From Amphiscolops sp. MND2022 (Eukaryota): 64,000 bases of DNA. The notes beneath the pieces were generated by a model, which saw only the letters and a program-made list of their open reading frames with translations, did not search any database and was not told the origin of the DNA. Below, piece after piece: positions 46,401 to 57,115 of the stretch. The stretch spans positions 69,690,001 to 69,754,000 of the forward strand of contig OZ076409.1 of assembly GCA_964187785.1 (NCBI GenBank), in the 5' to 3' direction. The position numbers and the translations under genes are program-made. Each line of letters begins with the position of its first letter. The first letter of the stretch is position 1.

Positions 46401-48486
46401 AAGCAAATGTCCTGCTGGCAAAATTGAACGCTAACATTTCAATGGACCGTTGGTCCGCCATCTGCAAGCAGTGGTATGCTTGCGAACAATCTAGTTTGCA
46501 AAATAGTTTTTTGCCTGCCATATGTTGGGCTGCATCGGTCAGTGTACTGACGGGGTGATTATTGTTAATGTAATCATCCGAAATGAGATTGTTAATCTTG
46601 CGAAGGTCGACCAGCAATCTCAATTTGCCATTGGGTTTCTTTTGGGCAAAGATCGGGCTAGCATATTTGGAAAATGGGAGAGTTGTTATGATCCCATATC
46701 GTTGTAATAGCGCCAGTTCTACGAGGATATCTTCCTTGAGGTTAATAGGCGTTGGTAGACTTTGACTATAGGCCGGGGAATCGTCTTTTGGGGTTAATTT
46801 GACCTTGAATTCCTCGTTCATGCCTATGTCGAATCGATGTCTAGCGAATATATCATGGAATTCGACTAGCAAATTTTCAATGCGTGTAATCTCATCTGAT
46901 TGCAGCATAGAATCTGTCCAATCGAAGTTGGCCAGGAATCGTCGTCTGGACTCAGGGTCATCCTGAGGATTGAGCTTCTCTAGCTCTTGTAGATTCAGGA
47001 GTTCGGTGAGAATGCGCTTTTGTATCGGCGTATGTTGTTGTGGATCCCCGGGGTCTTCCGGAGTGGGAAACCAATAGTTTTCCCGAAAATCTTCTGGCTT
47101 AGAAGATTTAATCAAGCTGCTAACGTAAAATGCAGCATTTTCAGGATTGTCCTGCAAAAGGTGCCATGTGGTCACCGGATCTATAGGTTTGACATACTTC
47201 ATCTGTCCTGGGGTCATGACAGAGAAGTTGGCGACGTGAGAACCTCTCTTGAGAGTATAAGGGTGGTCGGTAAAGTTATTCAGGTGAAATTCAACTTGAC
47301 CGGAGGTCAATGTGACCAGTGCCGCGCAAAAGGCGATGTCTCCATCTTCAGTGAGGGCATTGCTCGGTTGTAATATGCCAGTAACGGTGGTATCATCGTA
47401 CATCTGGGAACTTAACGTGACTAGGTGTCTATCATTTGGTGGTATTGTGATGTCCTCCTGTGTACAGATAGGCTCCATGACGTTTGTGTACTTATGATCC
47501 GCTGTTTTCAATTGCATGGAGAAAAATGGGAAATTTAGAACTCCCTGTCTCATGTCCAGTATGGTGTTGTTTCGTTGCAAGAATGAAAGGCCAATCAACG
47601 GACTTGTTAGTTTCTCCATTACAATGAAAATTTCGTGAAATTCTATATCGCCGACCTCAAATTTAAGTTCGACGGTGCTCTTCGGAGTTTCCAGCTGCCC
47701 ATTAGCTACCATTATCTGGAAGTTGGGTGCTGGGCCCTCTTTGACAATAGACTGAGGGGCTAATAATCGGATTTTACGTAGATCAGCTTCGGGGATTGCA
47801 CTAGATAGGGCACCCGTGTCTACAAGGCCGTCTAATGTAAGTTCGCCAAAATCCATGGGAAAATAGAGCATACGTCTTTTGTATTTGAGTCCAAGATTGG
47901 TTGTGAGCGGAACATAATCTGGCTCGCCATTTCTGGTAACCAGTGTGTTTACAAATCTTGCCTCGACGGCTGACGTCAGAGAGACTTGTGGTCCAAAAGA
48001 ATTGAATTTGGTGTCTGGTTCTTCCTGTGTTGGTAGGACACAGGAATTGGTGTTTGCTTGCCAGGGGTCTACTAGAGCTATGGTCAAGGTATGGTTTAGA
48101 GCCCTGTCTGTCATGGGACAGTCGGGTTCAATTTCAGTTTGAGGTTTGTTAAAGTTTGCGTAAAATTGCAGCTCGTGTTGATTGTAGATTTGAGCGTCCC
48201 AGTAGGGGTCAATGCCGTAGTCGGGGTCAATGTAATAAGGGTTATAGTCAGGTATTAGAGGAAGGGATCGAATATAGTCCGTAGTCGAGGTAAGTCTGTC
48301 GGACCTGTGGTCCGAAGTGCAAAATTGAGTAGGAGTATTTCTCATTTGCTGCTGCCAGTCAGCCGATGAGGTTTTCTTTAGTGAAGAATAATATTCAATA
48401 TAAAATACGGTAGAAGGGTCAGAGATTATATACTGTCTAATTCGTAACTTTCCATTAAATTGGAGTCGTGGCAAATCTAGTTTTTT
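43441..48486 (-). CDS. pol: Pol of element 2 (~1680 aa): N-terminal extension, PR, dUTPase-like, RT, RNase H, integrase with GPY/F
   Basis: Single open frame with LVDTGA, YVDD, TDASF..E..TDNK, H-H-C-C, IDLL..TDKG..KLER and WIGPY. The listed start is TTG, not AUG, consistent with entry by frameshift. Confidence 0.95.
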   Translation of the reverse strand, partial: KKLDLPRLQFNGKLRIRQYIISDPSTVFYIEYYSSLKKTSSADWQQQMRNTPTQFCTSDHRSDRLTSTTDYIRSLPLIPDYNPYYIDPDYGIDPYWDAQIYNQHELQFYANFNKPQTEIEPDCPMTDRALNHTLTIALVDPWQANTNSCVLPTQEEPDTKFNSFGPQVSLTSAVEARFVNTLVTRNGEPDYVPLTTNLGLKYKRRMLYFPMDFGELTLDGLVDTGALSSAIPEADLRKIRLLAPQSIVKEGPAPNFQIMVANGQLETPKSTVELKFEVGDIEFHEIFIVMEKLTSPLIGLSFLQRNNTILDMRQGVLNFPFFSMQLKTADHKYTNVMEPICTQEDITIPPNDRHLVTLSSQMYDDTTVTGILQPSNALTEDGDIAFCAALVTLTSGQVEFHLNNFTDHPYTLKRGSHVANFSVMTPGQMKYVKPIDPVTTWHLLQDNPENAAFYVSSLIKSSKPEDFRENYWFPTPEDPGDPQQHTPIQKRILTELLNLQELEKLNPQDDPESRRRFLANFDWTDSMLQSDEITRIENLLVEFHDIFARHRFDIGMNEEFKVKLTPKDDSPAYSQSLPTPINLKEDILVELALLQRYGIITTLPFSKYASPIFAQKKPNGKLRLLVDLRKINNLISDDYINNNHPVSTLTDAAQHMAGKKLFCKLDCSQAYHCLQMADQRSIEMLAFNFASRTFAYRRLAQGLSRALSAFSSFMREYLDKVIKADQCAQYVDDIGIAANDAEQLIKNLRATFQCIREAGLKLTMHKCHFGATEIDFLGRTITPVGVRPQRPRVQNFLENTKFPKSKKALQRYLGFLNYYRNYIPRLSERLTPFFKLLKNDEKVIVTPDLLEKFTDINKALDRCCELALKQPLPNKQIALMTDASFMAAGYAVLIEDDPQEKYTSTRKAFAPVAYGSKTFSPAQLKMSIYAKEFLAIFFAFKEFGHIFWGTPKPVIILTDNKSVTRFFQTKIIPPTLWNACDYVIQFNFTIAHIPGKNNTAADYLSRLEISPKEKLILRIREDIPTTPIELHVQSAGITEEEQIFYTDDEDETEEQIWQRKKKSRDNPSNQLPDISFQKFTTHHSNYQKLPICQKLANTNTVTIEQNNDVILQQLKLKIQKEEYSETILIQDTRYQHYLRQLDRLSIQNEIITRQYYDETGTVKYNQVLLPKHLVTELLESLHGKANRHPGIAKMLQEIRSKYYYPGIAKIVRKWVNGCETCIKDKRTPNELITPELLNLPEWTLGPEDAMQIDLLPNLPPSGGYENIITAMDVFSRYLFAYPVTDASAANTAKVIIDIMTKHTYLPTTLITDKGSAFTSKLVAEIAQILGIQIKCATTKHPQTIGKLERTHASLKTNLKMASGEYRRQWHKYLPLAVLNYNTSYHSTLGCEPSRIFHGRIPYNILDHKLGLNPNPQVLPTTDFAEEFQRRSQVLIDSTKKNIMQSYLKYKEYYDRKAKAAPLKLNDYCFILQPIADHQGSKIPFREFRWIGPYIIEKVLPNDNYIVRKLNSNKTQILHRIRLRKYEPNTDLQDVRPEGNLQPDDEIVIPQDDLYVITWETNFEDFASTRRQPTYEQSTERPEITSGEDTNFDQPDQILTDVDLQSTRHDETEETLPERIMPDSDNDSIPGEETSSGGSDTIVPEVSESENDEMIVENESPRGGRYNLRPNPTPNYSEEYRY

Positions 48487-50195
48487 GAGTTTTTTAATAT
48501 TGAGGTGGATTGTTTATCCTTGGTCTCGTTTTGTCCAGGGGACGCTTCGTCTTGTTTGGCGTCCTCCAGTTTGAGGTTCTTGGGCTTGAGGTGGGCTCCG
48601 GCGCCTTTCCAACACCGTTCCGCCGGGTGATTTGTTTTGCCGCAAGTCGGGCATTTAGGATATTCTTTTTTAGTATCCTGTCCGTCGTTGCGCCTTTGTT
48701 CCTCCTTTCGTTTGAGTTTCCTGCAGTCGTCTTTGACGTGGCCAGGTTTTTTGCAATAATTGCAAGTGATATTGGGATCAATGCCCGATGAAAGGAGGCC
48801 AGTGCCCGGTCGTGTTGCTGTAGGGGCAGTGGACATTGTAGGTACTGGAATGTCGTCACCTCCCTCAAGTCCATTAAGCTCAAGTTCACGTTCTAAATGA
48901 GTGACAATTTCCTCGTACGATGCATTTTCAAGTCTTGCCATATTGACGGATCTTTTGAGTTTTGGAGGCAATTTGGCGTACAATAGGCTGTCTATCATAG
49001 CTTGAGCGTTCTCACCGAACGCTTTTTCTGCACCCTGATTCAATTCTTCAAGGAAATCGGGCAGTTTCATAGTGTTTGGGTCAAACACGAGTTTGTGCCA
49101 TTTGTGTTTGGCAGTTGCTTGGGATTCTGGTTTGACGTATTTGCGTCTGAAGACTGCAAGTACATCCTCCAAGGTCTGCCTATTAGCGGTGCTGATGTTG
49201 CGGAAAGTTTGTAGGGCATTCTTCCTCAACAAAGAGTGGAAATGGTTGATTTTCATGGTCTCGGTCATTTCCGGTTGCATCTTTACCATAGTATGGAAAA
49301 GATCTTCGAAGAGTTCAAATTTCTCCGATTTGCCATCGAACGTCAATGTAGTAGTGCTGACAGGTCTTACCATCAGTGTCTGCGTTGATGATTTGTTGTT
49401 CATTCCGACCAGCACATCTGCAAGACGCCTAATGGGGTCTGAACCATCGTTGACGTCTGTCTCCTGAACCGGAGGGACATTTTCTAAGGTTTGAATTCGT
49501 GGGGAATGGGAATTTTGTGTTTCTTCGCGGGAATGCATGGGCCGTCCAGTAAGGAATTCAGGAACCGTACGAGGGGTAGGTTTGGCTCCTGTCACCATGT
49601 CGTGACTATTGGTCATAATGTCTTCTTCATGACCATCGTCACTAGACTGAGAGTTCTCTGAATTTCTCCTAAAGTAGTCTTGTCGACTACTGGTTGCCAT
49701 ATTAAGCTTTGAGTTACCTTTCCAAGCGTTTTTAACGAATTTCGCTTCGGTGGTCCTGTTAAGTCCACTGGACCTCTGGCCCACTTCTTCCCGAAACACT
49801 GGATTTTGGTTGGAAACCAAGTTTCTAATATCAGGCAAAACCTTTTCAGTGATTGCTGAATTAATGACATCAACCAGCTGAGAATTAAGTTCTCTTCTCA
49901 GTTCATCAATTTTCTTTGTAATCTCAGAATTAACGAGCCTCATAGTCTCAACCGTCGATTCACTATTTTCTTTACTGTTTGAGTCTAAAAGTGACCTGAA
50001 ATCCTCACTATTTTGCAGTGGGTCTCCTCTAGTCCTATCTGACCCTAGGTCTATTTCACCATTCCTATCAGAGTCATTTCCTAATTCATTTCTTGGATAT
50101 GATCCAAGCATTACGTCTAAGTTTTCTGTATCAGACATGATGTCTAATTGCCTAGAGCGTCTTTCCTTAGCTCTTTGCTTTCTAGTAGAAGGCAT
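48477..50195 (-). CDS. gag: Gag of element 2 (572 aa, two CCHC knuckles); starts inside the 5' LTR
   Basis: CNYCKKPGHVKDDC and CPTCGKTNHPAERC; capsid region nearly identical to element 1. Confidence 0.93.
   Translation of the reverse strand: MPSTRKQRAKERRSRQLDIMSDTENLDVMLGSYPRNELGNDSDRNGEIDLGSDRTRGDPLQNSEDFRSLLDSNSKENSESTVETMRLVNSEITKKIDELRRELNSQLVDVINSAITEKVLPDIRNLVSNQNPVFREEVGQRSSGLNRTTEAKFVKNAWKGNSKLNMATSSRQDYFRRNSENSQSSDDGHEEDIMTNSHDMVTGAKPTPRTVPEFLTGRPMHSREETQNSHSPRIQTLENVPPVQETDVNDGSDPIRRLADVLVGMNNKSSTQTLMVRPVSTTTLTFDGKSEKFELFEDLFHTMVKMQPEMTETMKINHFHSLLRKNALQTFRNISTANRQTLEDVLAVFRRKYVKPESQATAKHKWHKLVFDPNTMKLPDFLEELNQGAEKAFGENAQAMIDSLLYAKLPPKLKRSVNMARLENASYEEIVTHLERELELNGLEGGDDIPVPTMSTAPTATRPGTGLLSSGIDPNITCNYCKKPGHVKDDCRKLKRKEEQRRNDGQDTKKEYPKCPTCGKTNHPAERCWKGAGAHLKPKNLKLEDAKQDEASPGQNETKDKQSTSILKNSKN
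48480..48486 (-). promoter_or_regulatory. -1 ribosomal frameshift slippery site A-AAA-AAC, element 2
   Basis: TCA AAA AAC TAG at the gag end; the -1 frame gives KLDLPRLQFNG, which is the pol frame. Confidence 0.8.
49586..49597 (-). promoter_or_regulatory. Primer binding site TGGTGACAGGAG, element 2
   Basis: Abuts the 5' LTR end; identical to element 1. Confidence 0.85.
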
Positions 50196-51343
50196 TGAAG
50201 AAATATTTGCTCAGGTAAGAGTATATTCGAGCTTGTATCAAATATCCCAACTTGAACTGAGTATTCAAACAATAACAGAACGATATATCACTAAAGCAGT
50301 CTACTAAAGCGAAGGTTGACTTGTAGTCTCAAAATGATTAGAACACTGATGGTGATAGATAGCGGTGAGTTGTAGGTTTGTAATCATCAATAATCGTCAA
50401 GATTCATCCCTTGGGACTAGTGGTCCCCGTATTTATAGTCCTTGCATCATGACATGCAGTAATATGTATAGTCATGTTACTAAAATTAGCAACTTATATA
50501 CTAACGTCACTATGACGTAATGCTGTCAAACTAAATATAGACACAAGTACGGGCAAAAGGCCCTGGGAAGTTTACGTCACATGTTCCTGTAATTCTAAAA
50601 TTAGCATCTCTACGTGTATTAGATCTAAAAATAGATAAAGAGGAAGGAAAATGGGGGGGAAGAGGCAGTACGCCTTTCATATTAATGACAGCAAGACTTG
50701 TGCTGAGCTCATACTTATATGCACCAATAGTATTGCACCTAGTTAAGATTAATAATCATCAAAGTAAATACACCGACAATAAGTGGACCGGCAGTCTAAT
50801 ATGACTTGCGTCGCCGCAAAGGCCAGCAAGTAAGTGAATAAGAAAGCTCGCATGTGATTGGCTAATTAAGGTTGCGGACTACGCGTTCGAATTGACCAAC
50901 GCGGCGGACAATTCGAACGCGTTTCCTTTACCTTGCCAGTTATCTTGATTATTACAGCTACATTTCATCGATAATTAATACATTCTGCACTACTGGTTTA
51001 CATGTAGAATACACAAGCATAAAGACGTGAATATATATATAAAGTGTACATGCGCAGTGTATAAAATCAACAAACAGAATACAATGAATGCTATATCTAT
51101 GTAATGAATACTAAAATGCAATTGGTACTACAAGTCATACTAAGACCAGTGGACCTTCGGTCCGTAATAGCATAAATTCACATTCTAATTGTTTGTGAAA
51201 AAAATAGAAGTCTTGCACTAAGTTTCCCAGCAGATCAGCGGTATACGCGGCCTAAAGTGGCAGTGTTCCTGGCATATATCTCAGGTCGTTCTCATTCACC
51301 ATCACTTGGTAGCTGTTTCCATCACAGGCGGCAGCCTGCGACA
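49598..51343 (-). repeat. 5' LTR of element 2 (1746 bp)
   Basis: Direct repeat of 34924-36669. Confidence 0.96.
50430..50437 (-). promoter_or_regulatory. TATA box TATAAATA of the element 2 LTR (also 35756-35763)
   Basis: About 235 nt upstream of the gag ATG; same motif as in element 1. Confidence 0.55.
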
Positions 51344-53929
51344 GCTATAAAGGAAAACATTTCAGTCAATGCATGACTATAAAATGTTCTTTTTTATGGC
51401 AACTAGTTTCCGTAACATTGTACGACCTAAGTGTTAGATCAACCCATGCATCATATGAATTGAAAAGCGAAATGATTGACAACCTTAATTAGTGGTGTAA
51501 ATAAACGTAATCCATTCCTGTTTAGTTTGAAGTACCTGCTAACTGTTTGCCTCAATATATCATTCCTATCGAACGCACTTTACGCTAAAGATAGTTACGA
51601 GTTAGCAATTGCATCAACGTCTTATTTCTTATTATTATCCTGAGAGCAAAGAACTCAACATGGCGCAGCCGGTTTATTGAAAAAACACCCAAAAATTATG
51701 AAATTCACTCAAAATATAAAAATGAACGGTGAAATGGACTTGACAAAAATAACAAAAATCTCGAAAGAGACACTACCTTAGTACAGAGATCCTAAATGAT
51801 ACTTGTTTTGATCTGGGCCCTTGATAAGACCGCAATGACGCAGATGACTCAGACTGTTCGTAACAGCGAACAGAACTCATTAGTATTGTACAGACTACAC
51901 GCCACTTTCAGGATACATTTTAACCCGGAACACAATGAATACCACAGCAGCGTGTACCTCTTCAACATCACACGGGAATCCGGGGTAACAGTCGCCGATA
52001 CGTAAAACCTCATTCCCAAAACCGAGAAAAACTGTGAGTTCGAGGTCAACGGTCTAAAGAAAAAAATAAAAAATATACGTCTGTGGATTTGCGAACCTTT
52101 AGACTTTGGTTCGCAAAATAGACTGTGCGAACCTATGTCGGTCAAAAAAGAAAATGAAACATATCCACCGAAAAACTATAGCTACAAGCGCGCAGGAAAA
52201 TATATTGTCTCTGGACAAAATCCATTTTATAAGAAGCACCGTCCATTGAACAACAAAAATACCCAGTGACGGCCAACCAGTCTTCACTACAACGGTCTTT
52301 GTCAACAACCGTTAAAGAATGCACTTCGCGATAGAGATATTTACGAGTTAGCAATTGAGTCTAATTCTTGTTTTTTTGCTATTATCTCAAGAACAAGAAA
52401 TTCAGCATGAACACAAAACGATGATCTTGTTTCCCTGCTCGTTGAATGTTATAAGATTCACCTAGTGAGAACATCCAAAGAATGTTTTCGGATTGTGCAT
52501 TTGTTCAGGTTGTACCACTGTCTGAGACGGACTGAAAAAGAATGAGTTGTAGACGTTTGATCGCAATTGTAAAGTTGGCGAAAGCTTCCTACGAATTTTT
52601 TGCACGAAAATAGAGAATAGCTCAAAACAATTTCAATCGTCTTACATTCTCTGAAGTTAGACAATCTGAAATTTTCTTGGTTTAGAGTTCAAGTTCAAAT
52701 CGAAACTAGAACATCCAGTTTTTTAAGCAAACCTCATTAGAGAAAAAATGTAGTTCCGGAAAGAAACAAGGAATTGGAAAAAACGCCAAAAAACGTCTGC
52801 ATATCAGGCAATTTTTGACTCGTCAAATAACCAGGAACGCTTCGCTGAAGCAATACGAACATTAAACCTCAAAGTGTTTTTTGTCATGATTACTGAAACC
52901 ACTTGTACGGTGATTCTACGAAAGCAAACAAACCTTGATCTTGAAAAAAATCAGCAGGGTTAAAAGGTTTTGTTTGAGCAACATATTAAAACGGCAACTA
53001 ACATCAGTTTCCATTTTTTCTAACCTCAGAGTACCAAAAATAAAAAAAACTTTGTAAGTCGAACGACAAAAAAATTAACGAGTAGATATCTGAAAATGAA
53101 AATAAAGTGGAGAAAATGAGGGCAATTGCTATTCCGCAGCGACTATAGTTCTATTTAATCATTCAAGTAACCATTGGAATCTTTCAGAACTTTTAGAAGA
53201 GGGTTACAAAAAATACAGTAGGTGGTGAATTTTACAGAAGTACATTGCATTTACCGCTTTTCAAAATAATACAGTAAATATTTCCCACTTCCCGATCGCG
53301 TTGTATCCACACTTCAATTTCGCACTAACTTTTTTGGATAAAACACCGCTTCTCCAATAGCACACCGAAGACAACGCTAGTTTACAGTTTAGATCGAGAC
53401 TAAAATTATTTTGCTTTTAAAAGTCTGAAACATTTACGACATCTTAGTTGTATTCAAAAGTCGAACTCTTTCATAGTGGAACCTGCAAAACTTTAGTCTC
53501 GGCTAAACAAAACGGCAAAACAAAATAGGGATGCTTCTTTCAAGCAGTTTGAAAAAAGACATCTACAACAGAAAAATGTAACGACAAGCTGCCTCGTAGC
53601 TTGAATGAGTTACCAGAAAAAGAGGAACCTGAAGGAATGGGCTATTAGCACAGAACGGGCTCGCATTTGCCCAAGAGTATATTTTGCTTCCGTAGTATAA
53701 AATACGTCTAGTGGGGTAGGAGGTTCCGCTTCAGCTGAATACTCACTGACTAGTCCTAGTCTTTTAGTGTTACGAGTAACGGGCATTACTTATTGCCTAA
53801 CGTCTCAGAATATCAACTCTAATAGACTCTAGAAACACGGCCGAAGAAGAAATAAGTTCATTATCTTTTTCCAGGGTAAAAGGTAGTAAGATTGATTTCA
53901 AGCGATAGCTCATGACCTTAGAAAACAAA

Positions 53930-54816
53930 AACAAGACGGGAACGTCTAAAGATGTCGCTATATCTAAGGCTCGAAAAGCGCAAAAGACTTTTTTGAAAAA
54001 AAACTTGAAATTTTTGATTTTTTTTCTATCAGAAAATGTCACATGATGCCGAAAAAAATCGAAAGGGGGGACCCTTTAGTCTCGTCCGGTTTTGTAGGTT
54101 ACGTTAAAATAGTTAAAAAATGAAAGGGGCCCTTTTGCACTAATTTCCGTTGACCGGACTTGGCCTTATGGTAGTAGTTATAGTAGTTTCGATTGTAAGA
54201 AAAGTGGCCCAATCAGAGTGAGATTGTAGTCTGACGAAAAAAAACAAGCCGAGAACGGCCAAAGTCGGCGCCATATCTAAGGCTCAAAATTGAAAAGGGG
54301 GGACCCTTCGGGCGTTGTGAAACTCCAGCTGGCTGTAAAAAATGAAAAAAAATTGAAGGGGGGACCCTTTGGGGACATGAAAAAATTTCCCCGAAAAAAA
54401 ATTTGTCACAGTGCCGAAAAATGTAAAAAGGGGGACCCTTTGCGATTTTTCGACATCCCTTGTGTTGCAAAATATCGACACAAATGAAGGGGTGACCCTT
54501 TGGTGCAATCCAAAAAGTTTCAAAAAGTCTCATAGTGCCGAAAAAAGTGGGGCTATGTGGGGATTCTTAGTGTGTTTTCGAGGTTCTGGACGTCTGTTTT
54601 GTTTTTTCTTTTCGTTTTGGACGCGCTTCTGAGGTTGGAGTTGAGGTTTGAAGTTGTTGAGGTTTGATGTTGTTGAACAAACGAACAAAAAAGTGGACCT
54701 TACGCGTCTAAAAAAACTACCTACTGTAAGAGTCGGGCACATTTTCTACTAAAATGCGCCGACTAAAAACTAGCCACTGTAAGAGTCTTTTCACTGTTCA
54801 CTAGAAATGCCCCGAC
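53930..54816 (+). mobile_element. Two nested DINE-1/Helentron-like elements (inner ~54243-54766 inserted in an A-run of the outer copy)
   Basis: Two 5' ends (AACAAGACGGGAACG at 53930, AACAAGCCGAGAACGG at 54243) followed by two successive 3' ends (CTGTAAGAGTC..CCGAC). Confidence 0.7.
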
Positions 54817-56489
54817 AAAAAAACAACAGATAACGACGTTATACATTGATTTGGCACGTGTCTAACGAAAAGGGTCTTCAAGCACCGACAAGGGAAGGTT
54901 ACCCAATATGACTCATTGTACAGCATTCACTACTTCGGGCGGCGTAATTAGGTGCCAAATTGGAACTATGCGTTAATGGAACTATGAACATGGAACAATT
55001 CGTTCAAATTGGAACTATGTTCTCTCCAAATCGATAGTTTTCCCTGCTTTATGCTGCTTTTTATGCGGGTCAGGTCTGTAGGTCAGGTTTCATTGAATTT
55101 TTAACTTTTTGTCAATTCGTGGATAATTAGAGCATATTTTTGCACGAACGTTTCTGTGAGAGCTTTAGAGAACTATAAAAGGTTTCTGGCAACTTTAAAA
55201 AACGTGCAATAAGATCAAGCACTTTCAACAAAGGTCTTCTCGTCATTCGAGCATCAGGCTAACACTTTGCGTCATCCTAAAACGTTTGAAATACGGGAAA
55301 GAAGCAACTTTCAACAGTTGGGCTCAGTCGTCAGTTTGTCATTTGGTCTTAGCAAGGTTTTTTCAGCCATCAACAATGATTTTTTCCGCTTTTGTTGTCT
55401 TAAGAGCCGAAACGTTTCAATTTCAGCCGATAAAGTTTTTACAAGTTCAGATGCTAGTCATATGCCACTTGGCTTGTTGGCCTTGGTGTTAACGTGATAA
55501 GTTTCTAAACGTGAGGAGAGAGTATCAAATGCTGCGATAGACAAGACGTTTAATTTCTTACAAAAACAACAAAACACCAAAGTGTCCTCTATGGGTTTCT
55601 TGTTGACATTATGCGACCTAATTTAGGCTTTTTTAACGGAAAGCACCGTTTAATTTTTGCAGCAACAAAGCGTTTTGCGAGCCCTCAGGTTTTTTGGGCA
55701 CTGTGCCACTCTCTACGATTTTGTCTTTCCAGCAGAGATTTGCTGCTTCTAACGTTCTGAGTTTTATCCATTTGCTATATTTTTCGAACAAAGTTTTATC
55801 TCGTGTTTTCCTGACATTTTCAGTTAGAAAATAGTTTTTTCACACTGAAAGGTGGCATCTTGAACATTTCTTTTTGTAACAGTAAAAAAACATCGCAGTG
55901 CCACTGTGCCTCTTGTAGAACACCGTTTTCACAGAAAATGTAATTTTTTGGCAATGAAACACAGATCCTGGAATCCACCGCCCCACACCAAAATCAACGA
56001 AATTTGCTCGATTTCAGAACTGTGTTCTCTATCGGCACTGATAAACTGTTTTAGTTTTTCTATTTCACCGAAAGTTTTCTTTTCTTCAAAGTTTCGTATC
56101 GGTCAATGCGTTTTTGAGCCTAAGGAGACCCCCTTTGGGATTTTGCGACCATCTCTTACTTTTCTCGAATTTTTTATTCGAAAAAATGTAGGGTTTTCCA
56201 CACAATTCTCCTCGAAACATACTTTTGAACATCCTTGAACTTTTTCAGACAAACGTCCTAATTGCCAAAATAGCAGGTGCTCCGAAGTGCCCCAAAAATA
56301 GCAGAAAAGTACTTTTCAATTTTTTACTACTTGAAACTCAAATGTTCACTTTCCCTAATACTGAGTGCCGATTCAGCCATTCTGTTTTCCTAAGACGATG
56401 CACTTTTTGAATACTATCCCCCTCAGTAAGCTATGGTACCATACTTTAATGGTACATCTACGTTTTTTAACATAACATACATAACTGGA

Positions 56490-56960
56490 CGAGGCTAAAG
56501 GGTCCCCCTTTTAATTTTTTTTGGCACTGTGAGATTTTTTTCGAAAATTTTATCAATGTCTCCAATGAATCTCCCATCAGTTTTTTCAAATATTTATTCA
56601 ATAAATTGGATGTTAAAAAGCCCAAAAGTTCCCCCTTTTACAGTTTTGGCACTATGAGTCAGTTCCTAAATTCTCTCTTTTGGGCTTACATTAGGTTTTC
56701 TCAAAATATATCCAACAATAATTTTTTTCTACACTATTCGAATTTTTGACGCTATAGCCGAACTATTCTGCATTTTACTTAAGAGGAGCAAGAGGAGGCG
56801 GAAGTTCGAAAACAAGCGAACATTCGTCCCAGCACGAAACGTCTGGCTGTTTCGACACGTTTATGTGAGTTTTTCGATAAAAAAGTTCTAAGCATATTTA
56901 AAAACTTTGCGCTTTCTGAGCCTTGGGTGGGGCGCTGACATAAGACGTTCCCGTCTTGTT
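56490..56960 (-). mobile_element. Partial DINE-like element
   Basis: Ends in GACGTTCCCGTCTTGTT; has AAAGGGTCCCCCTTT and TTGGCACT(G/A)TGAG units; left boundary uncertain. Confidence 0.55.
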
Positions 56961-57046
56961 CTTTTCTCCGCCGAATGCGTTTCTTTCAATGGCCATTTTA
57001 CTAAGCAAACGATCAAGGACTTCCTTAAATCCCAACAATGGTAAGT

Positions 57047-57115
57047 GGAGAGGAATTCAAACCTGATACCACCAATACAGAGCGAATGCTCTGAACACTA
57101 TATTACCCTCTGGCC
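57047..57115 (-). mobile_element. tRNA-derived SINE-like head (degenerate)
   Basis: Minus strand GGTAATATAGTGTTCAG...GGTATCAGGTTTGAATTCC (A/B-box spacing); related to 63831-63890. Confidence 0.45.

Larger units (their letters stand above)
34924..51343 (-). mobile_element. Full-length Ty3/Gypsy LTR retrotransposon, element 2 (16420 bp), gag-pol intact
   Basis: Two 1746-bp LTRs with TGTCG...CGACA ends, TSD GCTAT (34919-34923, 51344-51348), PBS, gag and an uninterrupted pol. Confidence 0.97.
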
